From: Octopus sinensis
Lineage: Eukaryota
Length of the DNA stretch: 64,000 nt
Direction of reading: 5' to 3'
Assembly (NCBI RefSeq): GCF_006345805.1
Contig: NC_042998.1
Coordinates: 192,572,001-192,636,000, forward strand
This document shows positions 49,925 through 62,312 of this stretch, piece by piece. The number at the start of each line of letters is the position of its first letter. Position 1 is the first letter of the stretch. The notes under the pieces were generated by a model. It was not told the origin of the DNA and searched no databases. It saw only the letters and a list, made by a program, of their open reading frames with translations. A program made the translations under genes and the position numbers.

Positions 49925-50746
49925 ACATGAGGCAGCTTGGCTATTTACCCTGACTCTGGAACTCATACATGTAATGGAAAAATGACCATTGCTTGTTAAT
50001 GAGCTGCAAAATGAAGATGACTGTAGTCTCACTGATAATCTACAGTTTTTACCATAACTATCGTATAAATGTCTCCTGTCAGTTAAATACTATGCAGAAT
50101 CAAGTTGTTTGACAATGTGTGAAAGCATGCATCTCATCAAATCACAAATGGAAAGAATATTTGTTATATGACTGGCAGATGTTCTTCCAACTTGCATAGA
50201 TTTGTTATTAGCATAAATTCTTTATTTTGGCACTCAGGCCACTAAAACAGAGGGGGGACACTACAAGGACAGACACAACACCACAGTGGGGACAATAAAC
50301 ATAAAACGAATGAGTATGAATATTATATAATAATGAAAGACGAATGGCTGTATGGGCCCCACTCCTCATACAGTGCCATTTGAACGTTTGTACACACAGT
50401 CTTGTCACTCTATCTGTTGATCTTTTTTCTTTCCTTAATTATCGTTTTTTTTTTCCTTCAAACACTTTTTCCCTTCTTTTTTCCTTTTTTTTTTATTAGC
50501 ATACTTTGTTATTAGCATACTTTGGTTCAAGCAACCATAAATGACTAACAAGACCTGTCATAAATAATCTCAGTTATAAGTTGAATACTTGAAGAGATAA
50601 CAGACATCTAAGGGATTTCTTTCCCTCTCGTCTCATTTGAATTTTGTAAGCTTAGTACAATTAAGTATATTTTTCTCTCCATGATACCCTATCAATTGCA
50701 TTTGTTCCCTAAGTTCTTCTCGGGAATATTGTCTTTTATATTTAGA

Positions 50747-51230
50747 CAAGCTATTTTGACCCCTGCTTCGCTCGGGTTTTGGTGGTGGCGTTGTTTTGTG
50801 CGTGCTGTCTCCCTTTCTCTTTCTTCTTTTGTTCGTCTTCTTTGCCTGGTTCCTTTTATTGCCCTCTTCTTTACCCCCCCTTCCTTTCCAAAATCCCTCA
50901 AATTTTTACACCCACAATTAAAGATAACCGCCTCTAGCCCCTGCAGCAACATGAAAAGCCACCATTATTCTCACAGCGCAACCTGTCTATCCCATAAAAC
51001 TCAATTTTTCCCATATTCCTCACCATGGCAACCAAACGGTAGCCCCGAGCAACTTGCAACCCTCCTCACACCATTGCTCACCCCATTTTACACCCCCCCC
51101 ACTGTGTAAATTTTGGTGCCAATCCAACCCCATCTACCATCCCTTAAACTGTTCCCATCCCAAAATGAGACGAATAACCAAGAAATCAAACACCTTTTTT
51201 CGCATTTCAGCTTTATAGTTATTAATAAGA
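50747..51230 (-). mobile_element. Non-autonomous Helitron-like element
   Basis: Minus strand: A|TCTTATTAATAACTATAAAG start, CCCGAGCGAAGCAGGGG hairpin-like segment, CTTG|T end. Confidence 0.7.
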
Positions 51231-51772
51231 TTTAAGCCAATCTTTGGATCATTGGTCTCTGGCTTAGTAGTTACAACATTAGGCTCACAGTTGTTTGGTC
51301 ATTCTTGGGATGGGCATATCATATATGCCAATTCTTGCGATGGGCATATGTCCTTGAGCAAGGCATTTCACTTCAAGTTATTCCAGTTTAATCAGCTGAA
51401 AGTTAGTTCCAGTAGTAGATGGGGCTTAACTCTGCAATAGACTGGGGCCTTGTTCAGGGGCAAGTGAGTGTCGTGCACACTCAATCGCTTAAACATTTTA
51501 TAGTAAAGGTATGTGTGTGTGTTTGTGCATTTGTCTTTGCATGTCTTTTCCTTGACAGTGCTTGGGCAATGGTGACGTCTGTTCATGTCCCACAGCTCAG
51601 TTGTTTCACATGTGAAAAAACACTGGAATTAGGTACATTACTGGAAAACAAGTAAGAAACAGATCTAAGAAGGGCAACCGGCCACTGATACAGCCTCAAG
51701 AAGTCTCATACAATTCATGCCAGCATGGATAAAGTTAGCACATAAACAGTGATAATGACCATGTATGTGTGC

Positions 51773-52154
51773 CATCGTTTAACATCCGCTTTCCATGCTA
51801 GCATGGGTTGGACGATTTGGACTGAGAGCTGGCGAACCAGATGTCTGCACCAGGCTCCAATCTTGATCTGGCAGAGTTTCTACAGCTGGATGGCCTTCCT
51901 AATGCCTACCACTCCAAGAGTGTAGTGGGTGGTTTTTATATGCCACCGGCATGGGGGCCAGTCAGGCGGTACTGGCAATGACCTCGCTCGAATCTTTTTA
52001 CACGTGTCACTGGCACAGGTGCCAGTAAGGCGACGTTGGTAACAATCACGCTCAAATGGTGTCCTTTTATGTGCCACCAGCACGGAAGCCAGTTGGCTGC
52101 TCTGGCAACGATCACACTCGGATGGTGCACTTGGCACCCTACTAGCATGGGCAC
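51773..52154 (-). mobile_element. Family C retroposon
   Basis: Conserved block and internal modules. Confidence 0.85.
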
Positions 52155-54214
52155 AAATATACACACATAGATACCTTATATTAACAAGTGAAATATCTTG
52201 ATTTATATATGCACACACACACACACACATATGTGCGTGTGCATGACTGATGTTTGATGACTGCATATTATATCACATGTACCCATTTAAGTATTTTTCA
52301 TGGGTTGCACTCTGGTGATATAATAAAAAATTATATATATATAGAAAGCAAAAATATTTCAAATATGATTTCCAGCATTTGAATTACTCAGCAAAAAACA
52401 AACTTAGCAATGTTCAAAATAGTTATTCCATGGGCAAAAGCTCTGATTGAAATCTGTTTGTTTATATGAATACATTTCCACATTTCTAGCAATAATAATA
52501 GCGCTAACCAACCAATTTATACACCATTGTTTGAAAGGAGAAAATACTTAAATTAATCCACATTATGTTGATAAAATTGGCTGCTTTCTTTGTAGAACTG
52601 TCAACTATTTTAGAATTTTACTTTGTCTTCTCTCCAAACATTTTGGTTTCTATTTATTTACTGCAATTCAAGAAAATAGTCTACTTTTGAGATTTTCCTT
52701 TCTAAAAATGTTTGAATTGAAATAACTAATAAAAACATGATAGCTAAATCAATTTAGTTTTTATGCAAAAGAATTTCTATCCAAAACTATTTCCCTAAAA
52801 TTAAGATAAAGAAAATCAACTTAGTTAAGAACAAAAATTATACCATTGTTTTCTTCCTTTTTTTCTTTTTTTTTTTTTTTTTTTCCAAGACACTGGAATA
52901 TTTTTGCAGTGAAATTGTTGATTCTTTGCTTACTTTTGATACAGCAAGTTTTTTTTTTTTTTGCTTTTATATACATTTTTAGTGTTGGTCTTTTTCATTG
53001 CTGGTACTAAAAAAGCTTCTCTCTCTCTCTCTAATAGCAAATAACTATAAGACTTTTAGAAGATTAAAAACTGACTTTATGTTCATGAGCCACATAATTA
53101 ACATAATTCTGTATACAAAACATAAAATATTTTCTCGCTGCACAACAAAATTTTTTCAATACCAAAATACAAAAAAAAAAAAAAAATTGCTATAAAGTTG
53201 TTCATGCTGAGAAACAAGTTAGCATTTTTATGATTAAAGACCTCTTGGTTTGTATAGGCTGTCATATAAACTTTTTTGAATGGAGTCTATTTATTGCAAG
53301 ACAAAAGACTGTGTAAAGCGATCGTTTATTATCATTGGTTATTCAGTAAGTTATGATAATATGAAAATAGGACTGAATAGCTTCAATTAGAAGGAACACA
53401 TCTGGAATACTTGCGAGGCTTGTAAAAGAAAGCTATTGGATCAAATTTTCTTTTCTCTTCATGTTTCTAAGTGCAATCCCATGGTCATTCATGACCAAAG
53501 GTGGTCTTTTTCTTTTTACTTCATCCTTCCCCTTTCTCCACAAGTTTCATCCATTTTGAGTGTAAAGCACTAAATATGAAATGAAGTGTGTGTGTTACCA
53601 GCCCACAGTCTTCTGTTCCTCAGGCTGAGAAAAGCAAACTGTCAAGGTATCAGTCACTCTCTGACTGGTTCATGGTCGAGCCTGTGGCAGTGGAGAATTC
53701 TGGTGTTCTTGACACCCAGACCATATCTCTGCTCACTGCTATCAGAGTGAAGATGACTGTCTGCAAGTGCAAGTCCTGTGAATCAAAGTGACTGTTCCAG
53801 TGCATCTTCTTTGCCATCCTCCAGGGCAACGCCTTTTCATTTTGTCTGCTGGGACCTTGAAGTAGTCTGACATACAGAAAATTGTATGTTCCACTCCTTA
53901 ATGTAAAGTTACTCCATATATTTAAGCTTCTTTATAAATATCTGTTTCTTCTTAACTTACACACAATGACAGATCGGTCTCTTAAATGGTGAGTTACCAT
54001 ACATTTGATTGATCTGGTCAACCTAGGACTAAACAACTGAATATTAATGATATCAAATTTGTTCCATTAGTATCAGTTTACATTTAAAAAATGGTTATAA
54101 GCTTTGTTGCTTCCCTTTTTCTCCCCCACCCATTCTCTCTCTCTTTCTAACGCTTGGTTTTTTTTCTTCTCTTTTTTAGAAAAGAAAGAATTTTTAAAAT
54201 TCAGTTTTAAATTT

Positions 54215-54625
54215 GAAAGATGTGCTTGGGATATAGGAGAGTCTTGTCCCAAACTTTGGCATTCAAAATTACCCCAACCGCAGAATAGGGCGCCACTACA
54301 TGGTGCCAAAGATTCCAACATCACCATCAAAATACAGGACCACAGCTTGGGTTTCAAAGGATCACAGCTCTTTAACATCCTCCCTAAATGCCTGAGAGAC
54401 TTGCATGGTGTGGATGTGGGTTTCTTTAAAATTAAACTGGATCTCTTCTTGTCGGGGGTCCCAGATGAACCTACCTCACGACAGGAGACACAGATGCGGG
54501 CAGCGGCATCGAACTCCCTTGTTGACAAAGTGCCACGTATCAGAGGTGGATTCACATATTAGTGTAGCTCATTCAGCAGTGGTGCACCAGCATGGCTGTG
54601 GCCTTCGAGCTAAAACATTTTAAAG
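54215..54625 (+). mobile_element. CR1/L2-group LINE 3' fragment (same family as 19279-19830)
   Basis: SLGFKGSQLFNILPKCLRDLHG..KLDLFLSGVPDEPT..RAAASNSL; tail GGTGCACCAGCATGG..AAAAC. Confidence 0.8.
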
Positions 54626-54875
54626 GATTTAATAGTTGACTGTAACTTTCTGAAGCAATTTAAATGTAAGAATTATAAATATCCTGTTAAAACATCTGCT
54701 CACTTCGTACCTAAACTCATTCTGCTAAGAATGGAGAATTTTACTTTTATAGCTATATACGCTATCCTTCTCAGTTATTAATTCAAAACTGATATCTGAA
54801 AGACTAGATTCATGCTAGCCAGTGAGAGGCCATCTGAATAGTCAATTAGTCTCCTGAAAACAATAAGCAAATCTC

Positions 54876-55715
54876 AGATCTTTTCGGTTTGAACGGCAGT
54901 TTTTAGCATAATTTCTAGGTAACTAAAAAATTTTAAACTTCGTATACTGGTAGAATGGGTTTATAAAACATCATTTTCTCTTGGCTTTATTGAGAAAATT
55001 CTATAGTTTGTAAGATATTTGTTGTTTTTTTTTTCTTCAATTTCTGCAATTTCAACCAATCAGTGACGTTTATTGAGGTAAACAACATTCTGTGCCGTAT
55101 GAATATGTCCCTCGTTTAAGAAATAGATTGGGTTTACTCTCTCTATTTATTCTTTTACTTGTTTCAGCCATTTGAATGCGACCATGCTGGAGCACTGCCT
55201 TTAATTGAGCAATTTGACCCCAGGACTTATTCTTTCTAAGCCCAATACTTATTCTATCAGTCTCTTTTGCTGAACCACTAAGTGACAGGGACATAAACAC
55301 ACCAGCTTCGGTTGTCAAGTGATGTTGGGGTGACAAACACAGACACACAAACACATACATACATATATATATATATATATACATATATACGATGGGCTTC
55401 TTTCAGTTTACATTTACCAGATCCACTCACAAGGCTTTGGTCGGCCCGAGGCTATAGTAGAAGACACTTGCCCAAGGTGCCACGCAGTGGGACTGAACCC
55501 AGAACCATGTGGTTGGTAAACAAGCTACTTACCACACAGCTACTCCTATTTACATTTGTGAAGAAAAAAAGATGCCCTTCCCTCACTCCTAACCCTAACT
55601 AACCCTAACCCTAAAAGAGATTGAAATGCAATAGATCGATTCTAGGGTTATAATTATGGGTGACAATTTCATATGACACTGCTAGAAAAAACTGCCGTTC
55701 AAACCGAAAAGATTC
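54876..55715. mobile_element. GGATC MITE split by SINE A
   Basis: Degenerate TIRs; TSD CAAA(T/C)CTC. Confidence 0.85.
55136..55547 (-). mobile_element. SINE family A nested in MITE
   Basis: MITE sequence resumes at ATTTACATTTGTG. Confidence 0.9.
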
Positions 55716-56544
55716 CAAACCTCTCACAAATCATATTGCCATTTTGTAACAGATGAAAGCACAATGACTCGTTAGATAATATAGAGTTAGAAACACTGAA
55801 TCCAGAATAAAGATGGGATAGACATAACAGGAATGCCTTCGGTTATGTCTCCCTGATCAGCTTTGATTGTAAGTTAAGCCACAACTTGACTTCATGCTCT
55901 AATTCTGACAGCAATTATGAAAGCAGATTAGCCTTGATTAATCCTTATAAAATTAGAAAAAAATTTTGCTTTATAATGTACAGAATAATGTAATCTTCTT
56001 TATGGCTGGCTAATATTTATGAATGAGTTTGTAAGGGCTAAACGATAAGATCTCTGTATGTATTGAAAGTGAAATAAATGTATATATCATTATACTATAG
56101 TGATACTACAGGATACCATTAGCGAGATAGGAATTACAGACAAATAAGAAAAAAAAAAGCAAAGGAAGAAGAGATTTTGTCAATGATTTGGCACTAGTTT
56201 TCAATGCAATGCATACATTATCTGTTCTTCACATATATATTCCTTTTAAATGGAAATTCCCTACTAAAAGTTAAGCTCTGCAAGAATTCGATGAAAGTTA
56301 AAAGCTTTGCACGATTTCATTTGTGACATTTCCTATGTTAGTTCAACAACCTCTTTGCGTGTCTAAATTCAAATTCTTTAGTATTTTTCTGATATCTTTT
56401 TATTTGATTTAGTAACATTTTAATATTGAGTAATATCTGTAGATCTTTATCTGTTAAGACAAATATAATTATATGGAAAACAGGCACATAACACAAATGA
56501 AAAATTGTATTGAATGTATTTTAAAATTTAACTGTACTTTTTTT

Positions 56545-56677
56545 TTACTGTGGCCATGCTGGAGCACCACCTTTAGTCGAACAAATTGACCCTAGGACTT
56601 ATTCTTTGTTAGCCTAGTACTTATTCTATCGGTTGTCAAGCGATGTTGGGAGGGGACAAACACAGACACAAACATAT

Positions 56678-56724
<47 letters not shown>

Positions 56725-56967
56725 GGTGCCCCAGCATGGCCACAGCTCATAAGCTGAAACTGGAAAAATCAAAAATCAAAATCAATATATATATACATAT
56801 ATACGACGGGCTTCTTTCAGTTTCCATCTTCCAAATCCACTCAAAAGGCTTTGGTTGGCCTGAGGGTATAGCAGAAGACACTTGCCCAAGGTGCCACGCA
56901 GTGGGACTGAACCCGGAACCATGTGGTTGGTAAGCAAGCTAGTTACCACACAGCCACTCCTGCGCCT
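56545..56967 (-). mobile_element. SINE family A, internally deleted, carrying a LINE-tail insertion
   Basis: Head intact; opposite-strand insert in its (AT)n tract. Confidence 0.85.
56722..56785 (+). mobile_element. Isolated extreme 3' tail of the CR1/L2-group LINE
   Basis: GGCGGTGCCCCAGCATGGCCACAGCTCATAAGCTGAAAC matches the tails at 19279-19317 and 54579-54616. Confidence 0.75.
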
Positions 56968-57090
56968 ACAATGAACCTTATACGTTTTAGGATTAATTGC
57001 GATTATCTAGTCTTTAACACACACACACAACTATATATATACAGCTTTATTAATTTCTTTTTCTCATGATATACTCTGGATCAATATAAG

Positions 57091-57223
57091 TTATCATCTA
57101 ATATTGTTTAGTATTAGTGTATCTTGGATAATCCAGACTGTAAGTTTAGAACTCTTTTTAAAGAATGAAAGAAATGTCAAATGTTTGATCTTTGAATTTT
57201 TATCTCTTTTGCATCTCAAGGTG
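57091..57223 (+). CDS. Candidate internal exon (YHLILFSISVSWIIQTVSLELFLKNERNVKCLIFEFLSLLHLKV)
   Basis: Open frame between an AG and GTG|GTAAAT; weak support. Confidence 0.3.
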
Positions 57224-57550
57224 GTAAATTTGTATTTGAAAAAATACGAATTTATAACGTAGTATCTTTTTGTGTGATTCTTGCATTCCATAAGGTTATT
57301 AACCGATGGGAAAACAACATTCTTTTAAAAAAATATAATTTTGAAATTATTAGCATGAACAAAATTTTGACAAAACATGTAAATTTATTGATTTTTTTTT
57401 TTTTACTTATATTTTTCTTGCTTTAAATTTGATAATGTTATATTTTTTCTAAAAGTTAAATTTGCTACAAATTTCTTGAAGTAAAATGTCTGATGTTAAA
57501 GTGTTCATTGCTCTTTCTGAAACCAAAAATGATAATTCTGTCACTCTTTT

Positions 57551-57956
57551 ACATAAACTGTCATCTTCCCTGATGGTAGAGAAGCCATCAATTTTCCTGA
57601 TGATACATAAGCCATCACCTCCTCTTAGGGTAGATCATGTTTGGTAAGTTCACCGTCATCAATTCACCTCAGAGAAAGTTCACCATCGTTAATTTACTAA
57701 TTTTTTTTTTTTTTTCAGTAAAATAGTTTTTAACGATAAATGGTGAGATTCTATGGATATATTTTCTTGGTAAACTTTCCTCACAGTGACATTTCTTATA
57801 GTGAACATTCTTCATGGTGAATTGATGGCAGTGAATTTACCTGTAGTCATGGTAAATAAACCATTAACTCTCTTGATGTTATATAAACCGCCACCTCCTC
57901 TTATGGTAGATAAACCATCGACTCTATTGGTGTTACATAAACAATCACCTCCTCTT
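57551..57956 (+). repeat. Degenerate ~27-bp minisatellite (left arm)
   Basis: Units such as ACATAAGCCATCACCTCCTCTTAGGGT and AGATAAACCATCGACTCTATTGGTGTT, interrupted by a MITE. Confidence 0.7.
57643..57841. mobile_element. Small palindromic MITE-like element
   Basis: GGTAAGTTCACCGTCATCAATTCACC / GGTGAATTGATGGCAGTGAATTTACC; TSD not evident. Confidence 0.6.
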
Positions 57957-58250
57957 CATCATCATCATTATCATCGTTTAACATCCGCTTTCCATGCTGG
58001 CATGGGTTGGACGGTTTAACTGAAGACTGGTGAGCCAGAGGCTGCACCAGGCTCAAAATCTGATCTAGCAAAGTTTCTACAGCTGGATGTCCTTCTTAAC
58101 ACCAACCACTCCAAGAGTGTAGTGGGTGCTTTTTATGTGCCACCAGCATGAGGGCCAGTTGGGCATTTCTAGCAACGACCACGCTCAAAAGGTGTTTTTA
58201 CGTGCTACCTGCATGGGAGCCAGTCTGACAGCACTGGCAATGATCACACT
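57957..58250 (-). mobile_element. Family C retroposon
   Basis: (CAT)n plus conserved block. Confidence 0.85.
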
Positions 58251-58629
58251 CTTTGCAAATTTACGCCTGTGAACTCCCAGCAAAAAATGAAGAATCAACA
58301 TTAGAAATCTTTTTTGGAATCCTCCAAATTAAAGGATGAGTCCACATTCAACTTTTCTACCCCTACATTACTAATTATCAATAATAATTCTGAACCTTAT
58401 TATTACCTACATTATGTAAAAAGCAACACTTTTATCCACTGGCAATGAGAAGCTGATTATTGTCAAGATCACCTTTGTCACTTAGCATTTTGGGTTTGAT
58501 GAAATAAGCATTATATTGAGATTGATAAAATAATTGTCAGATAAGCAAAGAACCAATTAATGAAGTATTCTCTTCCTTTCAAGTTTGTTGTTTGTGTCAG
58601 TGTAAGAAACCATTAAAATTATATAAGTT

Positions 58630-58960
58630 TACGTAACATGAGGAGAGTTTATGGACCATAAAGAAAGGCAGTGGTTTTTGTAGCATGAGAGGAAGTGATG
58701 GCTTAGATACCAGGAGGGGAAGTAATGGTTTATGTAACGTGAGAAGTGAAGGTTTATCTACCACAAGGAAAGGCGAAGGTTTATGCGCTATGAAGAGAAG
58801 TTTATGTAATGTGATATGAGGGCAGGTGATAGTTTTTGAACCAAAAGAATTAATGGATCATGTATGATAAGATGAGGTGATGGTTCATGTGTGATAAGAA
58901 GAGGCGATATTTCCATACAACAGAAGTGATTTATGTATTGTGAAATGATGGTTCGCATTA
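58630..58960 (-). repeat. Degenerate ~24-30-bp minisatellite (right arm, inverted)
   Basis: Units such as ACCAGGAGGGGAAGTAATGGTTTATGT are reverse complements of left-arm units. Confidence 0.65.
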
Positions 58961-59262
58961 GCCATTACCTCTCCTTATGGCAGGAGATGGAAGAGCGATG
59001 TTTTATGACAGGTCATGAGAAAACATTGTGGTTTGTGTTTATAAGCAACCACCAGAGAAATGAGATGAGTGCAGCTTGAAATACCACATCTTCTCATAGC
59101 ACACAAACATATTTCGTTCTACAAATGTTAAAAGTTGCTTTTTGGTGATTCAGACTATCATTAGATGTCTTGGACTTTATTTATTTATATTTATCTTAAA
59201 TTATTTACGTTAGAGTAGTGAAATGACACTAATGGATAGTGCTAATATGAGTTTTTTACTGT

Positions 59263-59690
59263 AGGCACAGGAATGGCTGTGTGGTAAGTAGCTTGCTTAC
59301 CAACAACATGATTCCGGGTTCAGTCCCACTGTGTAGCACCTTGGACAAGTGTTTTCTACTATAGCCTTGAGCTGACCAAGATGGAAACTGAAAGAAGCCC
59401 GTCGTATATTTGTATTAAACATCTAAGACTACTATTAGTTGTCAGTCATACTGCAAATTCTTCCAATGAATAATTCCCTGTTCACTTATCTGGATGCTTA
59501 TCCTTGTGTTTGTCCCCTCCCACCATTGCTTGACAACTGATGCTGGTGTGTTTCTGTCCCTGTAACTTAGCAGTACAGCAAAAGAGACTGATAGAATAAG
59601 TACCAGGCTTACAAAAAATAAGTCCTGAGGTTGATTTGTTTGACTCAAATCCTAGACAGTCAACTGACTGAAATAAATAAATGAATAAAA
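59263..59690 (+). mobile_element. SINE family A, diverged
   Basis: Head and tail recognisable. Confidence 0.75.
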
Positions 59691-59841
59691 GATTTAAATT
59701 TAAAATTGAGAATTGAGGTTTAGAAAGGAGACATTAAAATGTTAGGATAAGTGATGTGTGCTCGTATGTATATATATATATACATACGAGCACATATGTA
59801 TATCTATAATAATAATAATAATAATAATATGAGGGAATATT

Positions 59842-60035
59842 ATTCCAAACTTATAGGAAAAAATTCAATTTAGAAATACTAAATCAAGCTGAAATTTACA
59901 GAAAAACGGAAGTCAAAGACAGGAGTATAAACAAAAAATAGGTGTATTAATTTAATGCTCAGGAAGGTGAGAAAGTCTTTTACGTTTCGAGCCTACGCTC
60001 TTCGACAGGACGGAACACAGAAATAAATGGAGCTA
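59842..60035 (-). mobile_element. Penelope-like terminal fragment with hammerhead-like motif
   Basis: About 75 bp homologous to 42809-42885; minus strand CTGTCGA-A-GAGC(GTAG)GCTC-GAA-ACGT-A. Confidence 0.5.
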
Positions 60036-60047
60036 GTGGTCATTCAA

Positions 60048-60086
<39 letters not shown>

Positions 60087-60558
60087 GGGTGGAGAGGTGG
60101 GGTGGAGGTGAGTGAGTACGTGTTTGTGTGTTTGTGTGTATACATGTGCACACACATGTGTACATACATGTCATATGTCCGTGTGTGTGTGTATTGGTGT
60201 AAGCAGCCATCAAATTCTTGACCATGCAGTTACACTTGACTGCCATAGCCAGCCACATGCTTTAGGAGGTTTCAATCTAATACCATAAACACAGCCCACC
60301 CAACCCTCAAGCACCACTTACATTTGATTCTGTGTCTATTTTTCACTTGTTATCAACCACTTCTTGACCACATGTATAAACAACCCCACCACTTTTTACA
60401 TTAGCTTCTTTGTATGATTTTCATTTTTCATCATCAGCTTCCAGACCACAACTTTCTTCACTTCACCAATGTCTGAGCTTCTAGCAACACACCATTAGCA
60501 TTTAAATTGGAGCAAAATGAAATGTAAATCTTATAACTTTTGAAGCATGTTATGTCTC

Positions 60559-60654
60559 CTGATGAGGCTCCCTACACTGTGTGTTGCATCTGATGTCATC
60601 ACATCATCCCACACCTCCTATGGAGCAGTGCAGAAGGAAGCTGAAACAATTGTT
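60559..60654 (+). ncRNA. Decayed hammerhead-like motif with canonical core
   Basis: CTGATGA, helix II GGCT/AGCT with a long loop, GAA, palindromic ACAATTGT, H17=U; helix I poor. Confidence 0.3.
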
Positions 60655-60908
60655 GTGCTAAATAAAGCAATGAAGCTTCTAGTTACACTCTGTCTTCTGT
60701 ATCAATGATTTAAAATCTTATTTAAATAAGATTAAGATTAATGTAAAAAATAAATAACACTGAAGCAAAGTAACACCAAAATACAGTGTGTGTGTTTTTA
60801 TTGGCTAAACTGGCAAAATGACCATTCCTAAATACAACAATATCTGTTTCAACACACGATTTCCCATCAGAAATCTTGCAAAACAAATATATAATTCTTT
60901 GATATCAT

Positions 60909-61300
60909 AGGCGCAGGAGTGGCTGTGTGGTAAGTAGCTTGCTAACCAACCACATAGTTGCGGGTTCAGTCCCACTGCGTGGCATCTTGGGCAAGTGTCT
61001 TCTGCTATAGCCCCGGGCCGACCAATGCCTTGTGAGTGGACTTGGTAGACGGAAACTGAAAGAAGCCTGTCGTATATATGTATATATATATATATGTGTG
61101 TGATTGTGTCTGTGTTTGTCCCCTAGCATTGCTTGACAACCGATGCTGGTGTGTTTACGTCCCCGTCACTTAGCGGTTCGGCAAAAGAGACCGATAGAAT
61201 AAGTACTGGGCTTACAAAGAATAAGTCCCGGGGTTGATTTGCTCGACTAAAGGCGGTGCTCCAGCATGGCCGCAGTCAAATGACTTAAAACAAGTAAAGA
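60909..61300 (+). mobile_element. SINE family A, full length
   Basis: Complete copy. Confidence 0.9.
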
Positions 61301-61560
61301 TTCCATAGATAAGATTGTTTACTTCCTGGTGTAAAGCATAAAAGTAATTGAGAGCATTCATGGCAGAAGAGGTGACAAGAATGCAACTAGAAATAGAGCA
61401 TTCATAAGACTACGCGTTCAGTGTTACTTATACCATCTCAAGAATCAAATATTTCAAACAAAATACAATTTCAAAAGCAGTTATATATTTCCGGGTTCCC
61501 TGTGACCTTCCAACTGCCTTATAGTACAGCTAGTTAATATACAGCAGAATAAATTCAACC

Positions 61561-61592
<32 letters not shown>

Positions 61593-61609
61593 TTGTAATA
61601 ATAATAATA

Positions 61610-61640
<31 letters not shown>

Positions 61641-61714
61641 CCCCACCACCTTCCTCCAGCCTTGTACCATAAAAAGAACTCATTATCCATATTTTACTAC
61701 TAAATTCACTCAAG

Positions 61715-61839
61715 TGATCTTCTACGAAGATGATGGAAACTTAAAAGCAGAATCTGAGTTGAAGGGGAAGATGGCTGTTGTGTTGTTTATTAATAACTTG
61801 GAATCTAGCCACTCCAACCATGGATTGTTCAGCATATAA
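61715..61839 (+). CDS. Candidate terminal exon (IFYEDDGNLKAESELKGKMAVVLFINNLESSHSNHGLFSI*)
   Basis: ACTAAATTCACTCAAG acceptor, 40 open codons to TAA; no recognised homology. Confidence 0.35.
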
Positions 61840-61921
61840 CCATCTGGATAGTATCACATATTGCATTCAGACCTGCACAACTGAGTTTTATTATTTATTT
61901 TATTCTTTTCTCTTTTTTTGA

Positions 61922-62312
61922 ACTCTTTTACTTGTTTCAGTCATTTGACTGCGGTCATGCTGGAGCACCGCCTTTAGTCGAGCAAATCGACCCCGGGACT
62001 TATTCTTTGTAAGCCCAGTACTTATTCTATCGGTCTCTTTTGCCGAACCGCTAAGTGACGGGGACGTAAACACACCAGCATCGGTTGTCAAGCAATGCTA
62101 GGGGGACAAACAAACACACACACATACATATATACATATACATATATATGACAGGCTTCTTTCAGTTTCTGTCTACCAAATCCACTCACAAGGCATTGGT
62201 CGGCCCGGGGCTATAGCAAAAGACACTTGCCCAAGATGCCACGCAGTGGGACTGAACCCGGAACCATGTGGTTGGTTAGCAAGCTACTTACCACACAGCC
62301 ACTCCTGCGCCT
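61922..62312 (-). mobile_element. SINE family A, full length
   Basis: Complete copy. Confidence 0.9.
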
